Source of the DNA: Caedibacter taeniospiralis
Lineage (GTDB): Bacteria; Pseudomonadota; Gammaproteobacteria; Francisellales; Francisellaceae
DNA: 19,636 nucleotides
Assembly (NCBI RefSeq): GCF_002803295.2
Contig: NZ_PGGB02000004.1
Location: 82,265 to 101,900, forward strand
Direction of reading: 5' to 3'
The notes under the pieces were generated by a model. The model was not told the origin of the DNA. It did no database searches and saw nothing but the letters and a program-made list of their open reading frames with translations. Made by a program: the position numbers and the translations under genes. Shown piece after piece: positions 8,839-16,436 of this stretch. The first letter of the stretch is position 1. The number at the start of each line of letters is the position of its first letter.

Positions 8839-9810
8839 TCAATTGCTGGATACTGAAACCGATACCCCGCTAGTTGATAGACTACAGCTCAGATCACCAT
8901 TAGTGGCACTTGAACAACTAGACACAGGAAAAGAAAAACTGATATTCGTGGTCGTATTAGACGTATTGACAATTTGGGCGTAAAGCCTTGCAACTTGGTA
9001 ATTTGCAGTGTTACTACCAATCGTTAAGCTGGTTAAGGCATAGCTTGAACTGCCACCAACAAGCTGATCACTGGTGAGATTTGTCGTGTTACTTGACATG
9101 CTAAGTGCGCTGTTGCACGCGCTGAAATTGGCATTACAGAATTTAATTGAGTTATAGGTAGAGCTTGAACCGCTGGCATTACCTGTGATCTTGAGACTAA
9201 TGGCATGAGTTGAGGATGCGTTAGTCAATGGATTGATAAAAAGATTACCTTCTTTGGCAATTCCATAGCTGTAACTGCTATTAACTGCTGAAAACGTTGC
9301 CTGAAACTTAGTTGAGGAGTTTTTGGGATAATAAGGACTTCCACCGTAGTTGTTGTACGGGCTGTTGGCGTTTGAACTGTTTGAGCTGACATTGGCTGTC
9401 TGTCCATCCTTACTTTCTGCGTCTGTACCCTCGGTTGATTTGTCTGATGGTGTTAGGGCATCCGTCTGTTGTTTTGGGCTTTGACTCTTATATCCTTCAG
9501 GTGCTGGCGCACCACCTGGCAAGAAAATAGGACTATTCATTGCCTCGCGATCCATGGGGGACAAGGGTTGTGCAGGCTTATCAGTAATAATCGATTTAAT
9601 ATTTTTTTTCTGGACACTGCTTAACTTCTGGACTTCCCCCGTTAAATTATCAATCGTCTGTTGATTCTGCATGAGCAAGCTTCTAAGCAGCTGTTCATTG
9701 TTTGTAGCTTTTTCACCAGCAAGAGATCTGTTGTTGATTTGGTTGGCAGTGGTTGCAAAAGCATTATGTAAGATGGAAAGCCCAAATAATAAACCAAAGC
9801 GTGTTTTCAT
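8839..9810 (-). CDS. Secreted low-complexity S/N/T-rich protein (hypothetical)
   Basis: Signal peptide MKTRFGLLFGLSILHNAFA|TT. A short coiled-coil-like QNQQTIDNLTGEVQKL. A P-rich linker. The ~180-aa C-terminus is dominated by S/N/T and has paired cysteines. No family recognised. Confidence 0.6.
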   Translation of the reverse strand: MKTRFGLLFGLSILHNAFATTANQINNRSLAGEKATNNEQLLRSLLMQNQQTIDNLTGEVQKLSSVQKKNIKSIITDKPAQPLSPMDREAMNSPIFLPGGAPAPEGYKSQSPKQQTDALTPSDKSTEGTDAESKDGQTANVSSNSSNANSPYNNYGGSPYYPKNSSTKFQATFSAVNSSYSYGIAKEGNLFINPLTNASSTHAISLKITGNASGSSSTYNSIKFCNANFSACNSALSMSSNTTNLTSDQLVGGSSSYALTSLTIGSNTANYQVARLYAQIVNTSNTTTNISFSFPVSSCSSATNGDLSCSLSTSGVSVSVSSN

Positions 9811-9866
9811 GGCGGCAGTAAAGCATATTTAAACTAGAAACGATTGTATAAGAAAAGTGCGCTGGA

Positions 9867-10625
9867 TTAAAGTTTTGATGTGCAAAGTGTCGAAAATAAC
9901 AAAGCCAGTGGTGAGATGCGAATACTCTGTGTAAATGGATTATCGATCTTTTGTACGAACTTTTTAACACATAAATTTTGCTGCTTGTGCAATAGAATGA
10001 GTGGTTTTAATTGTTTATAGGGCAGGTTTAACTGCGATATCATGATTTGCGCAGGCGCTAACAACGATTGAATAATCAGTCGGAATGTGTGCTGATTCAC
10101 GCTTGGGCGAAGCTCTTCATGCAGGTGAATGTTGCGTGAAAAATGTTTGCCAATCATTAAGATGTGCCGCAAGAGCTCATCGACGTGATTAAGGGTTTCA
10201 ATGGTCTTTATATCTTCGAAACCAAGTACTTTTGCCTTAAGTATTGCAATGCCAAGGAAGCTTTGACCTAAATCCAGACTGACTTGATAGTTGCGCCCTT
10301 TAGCAGTGGTGATTAAGGCGTATTGTAAGTCCTGCTGCAGAGGCTTAGTGAGCTCATCCATAGTGAAATATGCGCACAGTTTATCAATAAGCGGATGATT
10401 GCGATGTGACTTGGGATTAGTGAGTGCCTGCTGCCACCACTGCAATTTTTTCAGGCTTGGATAAGGTTCATGATAAAGCTCAGACGTCCTAAGCCATTGG
10501 TATTTTAGCTGATCCAGTGCGTAGAGTATTATGGTGGTTTCAGCATTGCATTTACGGTAAGCGTAGTAGTAAAGAGTCCCTGTTTTTGGAGTATTTTCAG
10601 TTAAGCACTCATATAGATAATCCAC
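9867..10625 (-). CDS. Hypothetical protein, weakly reminiscent of the squalene/phytoene synthase (isoprenoid synthase) fold
   Basis: 252 aa. LYYYAYRK...ILYAL...LKKLQWWQQAL...HPLIDKL resembles the N-terminal helices of phytoene-synthase-like proteins (ALYAF..R..DD, L.WWR..L, HPV). I cannot find the Asp-rich DxxxD motifs. It overlaps the gph stop by 25 nt, which suggests an operon with ubiG-gph. Confidence 0.35.
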   Translation of the reverse strand: MDYLYECLTENTPKTGTLYYYAYRKCNAETTIILYALDQLKYQWLRTSELYHEPYPSLKKLQWWQQALTNPKSHRNHPLIDKLCAYFTMDELTKPLQQDLQYALITTAKGRNYQVSLDLGQSFLGIAILKAKVLGFEDIKTIETLNHVDELLRHILMIGKHFSRNIHLHEELRPSVNQHTFRLIIQSLLAPAQIMISQLNLPYKQLKPLILLHKQQNLCVKKFVQKIDNPFTQSIRISPLALLFSTLCTSKL

Positions 10626-11293
10626 TGGCGTAATTGCTCCAAATTTGAGATTTTAAAATCATAATCGCTGCCTCCAAGTACACAAGCTTCGTAACCATAT
10701 TCGGCAAAAATGCGATAGCAATGTGCATGTTTAGCAGCAAGCATATCACTTTTGGTGTCACCTACATAGGCGCAATATTGAGGGGATATGCCAAGAGTTT
10801 TGACAGCGTAAATCAGTGGCATCGGATGTGGTTTTTTATAATTTAAGTCATCGGCGCACACAACGATACGCGCTTGATCATAATAGGGGACTTTAGCCAA
10901 TACAGACTCAGTAAGCTCACGCGTTTTACTTGTCACTATCCCCCATGAAATATCATGTGATTTTAGGGTTTCAATGATTTCTTTAACCCCTTGAAATGGG
11001 TGAGTTATGCTTACTGCGTGGGTTTGGTAGTGGGAAAAAGCTGCGTGTTTTAGGCTTAACAGTTGATCCTTGTTGAGTTTGTTATTGATTTTTTGTAATA
11101 GAAACTCAACACCACGACCCGCATGCTGTCTAAGTGTACTTGCCTCAAAATCAATAGTTAAATTATGACTGGTAAAGGCATACTGTATGGCGCTAAATAT
11201 TCCTGTCGATGAATCAAGCAATGTGCCGTCAAGGTCAAATAAAACAAGCTTAAGCTTAGGTTTCTTTTTTGAACGCGGCGATGTAGTTGACAT
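10601..11293 (-). CDS. gph: HAD-superfamily phosphoglycolate phosphatase-like hydrolase
   Basis: HAD motif I LVLFDLDGTLLDS, motif II VTSK, motif III/IV YVGDTKSDMLAAKHA. It sits immediately downstream of ubiG, a conserved gammaproteobacterial arrangement. Confidence 0.8.
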   Translation of the reverse strand: MSTTSPRSKKKPKLKLVLFDLDGTLLDSSTGIFSAIQYAFTSHNLTIDFEASTLRQHAGRGVEFLLQKINNKLNKDQLLSLKHAAFSHYQTHAVSITHPFQGVKEIIETLKSHDISWGIVTSKTRELTESVLAKVPYYDQARIVVCADDLNYKKPHPMPLIYAVKTLGISPQYCAYVGDTKSDMLAAKHAHCYRIFAEYGYEACVLGGSDYDFKISNLEQLRQWIIYMSA

Positions 11294-11954
11294 CTGCGTT
11301 ACCCCCCAAAGATAAACGCCTGGTCAATGGGTTATAATGGACACCCGTGATTTTTTTGATCTTCAACCCATGTCTATGTGCGCTGTTTATCAGTTCAAAC
11401 GGTTTAATATATTTGCTGTATTCATGCGTGCCTCTGGGAATCATATTCATGACATATTCCGCCATGACGATTGAAAGCACAAAGGATTTCAAATTGCGAT
11501 TAAGCGTTGAGAAAAATACCCAGCCATTTTCTTTACACAACTTTGCACAGGACTCGATAATGCTGTTAGGGTCTGGAACATGCTCAAGCATCTCCATGCA
11601 GGTGACGACATCAAAGCTTAAAGGTTTTTCACAAGCCAGTTGCTCCACAGGTTGTTTTAAATAACGAATAGACAAGTTGGACTCTAATAAGTGGAGCTTA
11701 GCCACATTGAGTGAGGCATCGGCCATATCTAAACCTGTCACCGTTGCACTGTGTCTGGCAAGCGCTTCGGTCAGAATGCCACCACCACAACCAATATCGG
11801 CAATATTAAGCCCTGAAAGCTTACCTGCAAATTGTTGAATAAAGGCAAGACGCAGCGGATTGACCTGATGCAAAGTATGAAACTCACCATCCTCACACCA
11901 CCATTGGTGTGCAAGGGCGCTAAACTTATTAATCTCAGATTGATCAACATTCAT
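11256..11954 (-). CDS. ubiG: Ubiquinone biosynthesis O-methyltransferase UbiG
   Basis: EINKFSALAHQWWCEDGEFHTLHQVNPLRLAFI closely parallels E. coli UbiG ([30 protein letters not shown]). SAM motif ADIGCGGGILTE. Confidence 0.9.
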   Translation of the reverse strand: MNVDQSEINKFSALAHQWWCEDGEFHTLHQVNPLRLAFIQQFAGKLSGLNIADIGCGGGILTEALARHSATVTGLDMADASLNVAKLHLLESNLSIRYLKQPVEQLACEKPLSFDVVTCMEMLEHVPDPNSIIESCAKLCKENGWVFFSTLNRNLKSFVLSIVMAEYVMNMIPRGTHEYSKYIKPFELINSAHRHGLKIKKITGVHYNPLTRRLSLGGNADVNYIAAFKKET

Positions 11955-11969
11955 GATGAATTGTAATTG

Positions 11970-11997
11970 TATATAGAATCTGAGTTTATCATAACAA
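11970..11997 (-). promoter_or_regulatory. Possible ubiG promoter (TTGTTA-16 nt-TATATA on the minus strand)
   Basis: The complement of 11992-11997 is TTGTTA and the complement of 11970-11975 is TATATA, with a 16-nt spacer, about 15 nt before the ubiG ATG. No clear SD is present, so this is tentative. Confidence 0.25.
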
Positions 11998-12040
11998 ATG
12001 TGGCGCTTGATAAGATATAAAAAACAGCACTAGCATTTTG

Positions 12041-12793
12041 TTAATTGAACCGAGGTGTTTTGCCGTTAAATACATCCACAATGGCATCAATAATCTTCCA
12101 GCCTTGTTTACGAGCAGTCGATAGTAAAGTACGAATACGCACAAATTTCTGGGCCCCAGCCTCACTACGAAAGCAACCCGAAACTTTTTGCTTTACCTTC
12201 ATCATACGCAAGTCATTCTCCGCTTGATTATTGGTAAATGGCACCTTAGCATCATAAATAAATCTCAATACCTCAGCTTTATAATCACCTAAGCGTTTTT
12301 GAGTCGATGCGATAACCAGTCTCATCCAAGTGCTTCACAGGCGCATTTTTAAGTCTCGCCAATATCTCTTGCTCAAACTCAATCAGCTGATCAGTACACG
12401 TTTGACCAGATTCGGCAATACTCGCCGTTGCCACACAAACACCAAATAAATCTTCTAACAGTTGTTGGACTCGTTGCTCAGGAATAAAATGTTGGGTTTG
12501 CAAATGCGTCGCATAGCTTTTATTAGGACGTACAAACCATCGCTTGAAGGCGGTTTTGAACTGTTGCGACTATTCTTAGAATAGCCGCTTCTTAAGTTGC
12601 TCAATCTCCTCTTTTAGTCGAGCATTTTCACGCTCAAGCGCGTCGATTCTGGTTAATAGCTCTTGAATCATTTTTTTCTAGGATCGTGTCCATTGGTAAG
12701 ATTACGCCATACTTATTTGCAAATGAAAATACCTGATCTGGAAAAAATGCCAAAATTCATCATCTATCAAAATTTAACCTGCTGGGTGGTTAC
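12041..12793 (-). pseudogene. Decayed IS66-family transposase (single-ORF type) with internal deletions; possible left terminal repeat
   Basis: Three collinear pieces lie on the minus strand:
- 12576-12671 encodes MIQELLTRIDALERENARLKEEIEQLKKRLF*, the N-terminal leucine zipper typical of IS66 TnpC.
- 12285-12569 contains ..HFIPEQRVQQLLEDLFGV...[11 protein letters not shown], the block just before the DDE domain.
- 12041-12325 encodes ...[46 protein letters not shown], the IS66 C-terminal domain.
The zinc-finger and DDE catalytic regions are missing. The complement of 12769-12793 begins GTAACCACCCAGCAGG, resembling the GTAA-type IS66 end; this is tentative. No right end was found. Confidence 0.75.
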
Positions 12794-12810
12794 AGCAATT
12801 CTCAAGTTAC

Positions 12811-12843
12811 AGAAACGAAAAAAGGCACCCTGAGGTGCCTTTC
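12811..12843 (-). terminator. Rho-independent terminator of the rRNA operon
   Basis: On the minus-strand RNA: AAAGGCACC-UCAG-GGUGCCUUU followed by UUUCGUUUCU, starting 8 nt after the 5S 3' end. Confidence 0.8.
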
Positions 12844-12850
12844 AAATAAA

Positions 12851-12969
12851 ATACCTGATGATGTTCTACTTTCACATGGCGAATGCCACACTATCATCGA
12901 CGCTAACTGTTTTCACTTCTGAGTTCGGAATGGAATCAGGTGGTTCACAGTCGCTATTTTCATCAGGTA
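12851..12969 (-). rRNA. rrf: 5S rRNA
   Basis: The reverse complement reads TACCTGATGAAAATAGCGACTGTGAACCACCTGATTCCATTCCGAACTCAGAAGTGAAA...GTAGAACATCATCAGGTAT. The terminal helix pairs and the CCGAACTCAGAAGTGAAA block is universal. Confidence 0.95.
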
Positions 12970-13107
12970 ACCTGCGAGCAGAAAGCTCTAACAATCTATC
13001 ATAGAGTAATAACCAAGTCTCTCGGGCAATTAGTACTGGTTAGCTTCATACATTACTGCACTTCTACAGCCAGCCTATCAACGTCGTAGTCTTCAACAAC
13101 CCTTAAG

Positions 13108-13240
13108 CTAGAGACTAGAAACTAGAGACTAGAAACTAGAGCTTGAATCGCTTCGCGATGAATTGATTTATAAAAAACAACCCATCTTGCAAAGCAAGAC
13201 TCAACTCCTAGTTTCTAGTCTCTAGTTTCTAGTCTCTAGA
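13108..13240. mobile_element. Heptamer-armed palindromic element inserted in 23S helix 98
   Basis: Left arm CTAGAGA CTAGAAA CTAGAGA CTAGAAA CTAG (13108-13139). It is the perfect 32-nt reverse complement of the right arm (13208-13239). The core at 13141-13207 contains GAATCGCTTCGCGATGA...CCATCTTGCAAAGCAAGA. The flanks align to E. coli 23S at about 2790-2810. Confidence 0.85.
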
Positions 13241-13262
13241 CGGGAGATCTCATCTTGAGGCT

Positions 13263-13295
<33 letters not shown>

Positions 13296-13463
13296 ATTCC
13301 GAACGTAGCTACTGGGCTATGCCTCTGGCGAGACAACCCAAACACCAGCGGTTCGTTCATTCCGGTCCTCTCGTACTAGGAACAAACCCTCTCAAATCTC
13401 CTACGCCCACGGCAGATAGGGACCGAACTGTCTCACGACGTTCTAAACCCAGCTCGCGTACCA

Positions 13464-13544
<81 letters not shown>

Positions 13545-13570
13545 TCCGTCGATATGAACTCTTGGGAGGA

Positions 13571-13626
<56 letters not shown>

Positions 13627-14045
13627 AGAACCACCGGATCACTAAGACCTACTTTCGTACCTGATCGAGCCGTCACTCTCTCAGTTAAGCGCACTTTTGC
13701 CTTTATACTCTTGGCGCGATTTCCGACCGCGCCGAGTGCACCTTCGTACTCCTCCGTTACTCTTTAGGAGGAGACCGCCCCAGTCAAACTACCCACCATA
13801 CACTGTCCTCGACTCTCGTCTGAGTTAGAACTCCAAAAATATCAGGGTGGTATTTCAACGTCGACTCCTTCCATACTAGCGTACGAATCTCTTAGTCTCC
13901 CACCTATCCTACACAAATATTCTCAAAGTCCAGTGCAAAGCTATAGTAAAGGTTCACGGGGTCTTTCCGTCTAACCGCGGGTACGCTGCATCTTCACAGC
14001 GATTTCAATTTCACTGAGTCCCAGATGGAGACAGTGTGGCCATCG

Positions 14046-14127
<82 letters not shown>

Positions 14128-14149
14128 TGGGGCTTCGATCCAGAGCTTC

Positions 14150-14452
14150 TCCTACCACTTAATTACTCTGATATTTCTTCTCTTAAGCCTTTATACAACA
14201 AACTCCTCATTCGATTCGCTCGCTTTAATTTAGCTTCTCTTAACCTAGCAAGCTTTTCACTTGCGTAAGCTTCGTAGTAGACAAGAATCCAATCTCTCGT
14301 TCGGCTTGTATATCTACTTCTACCCGACTTATGCGAATCAATCCTTTTCCTTAGGTTTTCACTATAACCCACAAGTAAAAACTATCTAATTCTTTCGAAT
14401 AAATCACGTATACACAATACATATCAAACTCCAAAATAATTAAGTGGTAGGA
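14150..14452. other. 23S intervening sequence at the tip of the H68 region (about E. coli 1865-1875), carrying a GIY-YIG ORF
   Basis: A perfect 16-bp inverted repeat: TCCTACCACTTAATTA (14150-14165) and TAATTAAGTGGTAGGA (14437-14452). The flanking rRNA reads GGGGTTATCC..[insert]..GGAGAAGCTCTGGATCGAAGCCCC, against E. coli GGGGUUAGCGCAAGCGAAGCUCUUGAUCGAAGCCCC. Confidence 0.8.
14163..14422 (-). pseudogene. Small GIY-YIG nuclease-family ORF (COG2827/UPF0213-like), split by a 1-nt frameshift
   Basis: ATG 14422 is preceded by TGGAG 6 nt upstream and gives MYCVYVIYSKELDSFYL (the GIY half), then stops at 14351-14353. The -1 frame from 14372 continues VGYSENLRKRIDSHKSGRSRYTSRTRDWILVYYEAYASEKLARLREAKLKR (the YIG..R..H..G...E half). 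That second frame is the track ORF 14163-14372. Same strand as the rRNA. Confidence 0.7.
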
Positions 14453-14591
14453 TAACCCCTTCAATTAACCTTCCAGCACCGGGCAGGCGTCACACCCTAT
14501 ACTTCCTCTTCCGAGTTCGCAGAGTGCTGTGTTTTTAGTAAACAGTCGCAGCCACCTGGTATTTGCAACCTCTTCACGCTCCAGACGTTCA

Positions 14592-14691
14592 CCTGACCAC
14601 TAAATTCCACGTCCTACAACAGGCTATCAACAAATTGTCTATCTCTACAACTCTCAACAGCTTTCATCCATCATAGAATTTAGTGGTCAGG
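14592..14691. other. 23S intervening sequence in helix 63 (100 bp, no ORF)
   Basis: A perfect 16-bp inverted repeat: CCTGACCACTAAATTC (14592-14607) and GAATTTAGTGGTCAGG (14676-14691). The flanks align with the variable H63 region of E. coli 23S (about 1700-1745). Confidence 0.75.
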
Positions 14692-15245
14692 CAAGTCCTT
14701 CACCCTAATGAGGCACACCTTCTCCCGAAGTTACGGTGTCATTTTGCCTAGTTCCTTCACCTGGGTTCTCTCATCGCCTTGGTATTCTCTACCCACCCAC
14801 CAGTGTCGGTTTACAGTACGGTCAATGGTAATTTATGCTTAGAAGCTTTTCCTGGAAGCCGAGCATCAATCTCTTGGCAGAACCCCGTAGAGCCCTGTTC
14901 CCTCTCACGCCTCAGATCATCATACACCCGGATTTGCCTAAGTGCACTACCTACACGCTTTCACCTGGACTACCATCCGCCAGGCAGACCTAGCTTTCTC
15001 CGTCTCTCCATCGCAACTACCATCGGTACAGGAATATTAACCTGTTTCCCATCGACTACTCCCTTCGGATTCGCCTTAGGCGCCGACTTACCCTACGTTG
15101 ATTAACATTGCGTAGGAAACCTTGGGTTTTCGGCCAATAAGAATCTCACTTATTTATCGTTACTCATGTCAGCATTCGCACTTCTGATACCTCCAGCACA
15201 CTTCTCAATGCACCTTCATAAGCTTACAGAACGCTCCCCTACCGA

Positions 15246-15678
15246 CTAGAAACTAGATACTAGAAACTAGATACTAGAATAGACATCAGCTATATCTTCT
15301 CTGTATACCTCTTAACATTCGCCCAACTTCGCAATACCTCTCATCGTAGCCCCTATGACTCTCCTGATCGATATACCCTAAGTCCCTTGCAAAATCCAGC
15401 CACACCCGGCATTCATCGCAAGAGCCTATCGCTATCTGAACAAACCTTCTTACTTCCTTTTCACTCGCTTGCTTGCCCATCCCTTCCGCTATGTTCGCAC
15501 ATATGGATTTGCTCGCTCGCCTTAATTGACTCCCAATCTCACACTGTTCTATCCGCGGCCACTTCATACTCTCCACGTGTAGCTCCAGCGCTAACTGATA
15601 TGCCTTCTGATATACTGATAAATTGTGATACGGCATCTTATCTCCTCTAGTCTCCAGTTTCTAGTCTCTAGTCTCTAG
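15246..15678. mobile_element. 23S helix 45 intervening sequence with heptamer arms and an S23p ORF
   Basis: Left arm CTAGAAA CTAGATA CTAGAAA CTAGATA CTAGAAT (15246-15280). Right arm CTAGTCT CCAGTTT CTAGTCT CTAGTCT CTAG (15647-15678). The flanks are CACCGAAGCTGCGGGA... and ...TCGGTAGGGGAGCGTTCTGTAAGC, which is the classical H45 IVS site. Confidence 0.9.
15286..15636 (-). CDS. Four-helix-bundle protein, 23S rRNA-intervening-sequence protein family (S23p; Avd-like)
   Basis: LSVYQKAYQLALELH...WPRIEQCEIGSQLRRASKSICANIAEGMGKQASEKEVRRFVQIAIGSCDECRVWLDFARDLGYI matches the family pattern (VWQKA..L...IY...FP..E...L..Q.RRAA.SI..NIAEG..R....E...FL.IA.GS..E....L..A..LGY). A strong GAGGAG lies 6 nt before the ATG. 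Same strand as the rRNA. Confidence 0.9.
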   Translation of the reverse strand: MPYHNLSVYQKAYQLALELHVESMKWPRIEQCEIGSQLRRASKSICANIAEGMGKQASEKEVRRFVQIAIGSCDECRVWLDFARDLGYIDQESHRGYDERYCEVGRMLRGIQRRYS

Positions 15679-15734
15679 TCCCGCAGCTTCGGTGTATCGC
15701 TTAGCCCCGTTAAATCTTTCGCGCAGGCCGACTC

Positions 15735-15798
<64 letters not shown>

Positions 15799-15833
15799 AT
15801 GCCTTCCCACATCGTTTCCCACTTAGCGATAAC

Positions 15834-15871
<38 letters not shown>

Positions 15872-16291
15872 CCACGACGGACCTTAGCACCCGCCGTGTG
15901 TCTCCCGTGATTCAACTTCGTCGTATTCTAAGTTTGCATCGAGTCGGTAAGATCGCAAAATCCCCCTAGTCGAAACAGTGCTTTACCCCAACGAGTCATT
16001 CACAAGGCACTACCTAAATAGTTTTCGGGGAGAACCAGCTATCTCCGCGCTTGATTAGCCTTTCACTCCGATCCACAACTCATCCCATAATTTTGCAACA
16101 TTACCGGGTTCGGTCCTCCAGTTGGTGTTACCCAACCTTCAACCTGGTCATGGATAGATCGCGTCGGTTTCGGGTCTACTCCTAGCGACTGTCCGCTCTA
16201 TTAAAACTCGCTTTCGCTACGGATCCCTTATTCAGTTATCCTCGCCACTAAAAGTAACTCGCTGACCCATTATACAAAAGGTACGCCATCA

Positions 16292-16436
16292 CTAGTCTCC
16301 TAGAAACTAGAAACTAGAGACTAGAAACCAGGAGTCGTATCTTGCTTTGCAAGATGATTTATTTTTGTAAATTAATCATCGCGAAGCGCTTCAACCCCTA
16401 ATCTCTAGTCTCTAGTTTCTAGTCTCTAGTTTCTAG
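16292..16436. mobile_element. Heptamer-armed palindromic element inserted in 23S helix 25
   Basis: Left arm CTAGTCT C CTAGAAA CTAGAAA CTAGAGA CTAGAAA (16292-16327). Right arm CTAATCT CTAGTCT CTAGTTT CTAGTCT CTAGTTT CTAG (16398-16436). The core at 16328-16397 is the reverse complement of the H98 core type. The flanks are GCGTACAAGCAGTCAGAG... and ...GATGGCGTACCTTTTGTATAATGG, which is the H25 IVS site. Confidence 0.85.

Noticed and set aside
394-12227. Short ORFs antisense to or overlapping confident genes (394-621, 4334-4672, 4576-4785, 4879-5100, 5676-5885, 7430-7612, 7515-7706, 8237-8446, 8243-8497, 8482-8790, 9225-9407, 9764-9970, 11347-11664, 12045-12227)
   Set aside because: These are shadow ORFs of longer genes with recognisable families. 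They have odd composition and no translation signals.
14150-14452. GIY-YIG insert as a group I intron, or the frameshift as programmed
   Set aside because: The ORF fills about 260 of the 271 nt between the arms, leaving no room for a ribozyme core. The shift site (TAC TTG TGG G) is not a slippery heptamer and has no obvious stimulatory structure. A pseudogene or a sequencing error is more likely.
14592-14691. Tiny ORF (MMDESC*) inside the H63 insert
   Set aside because: It has six codons and no SD. Not credible as coding.
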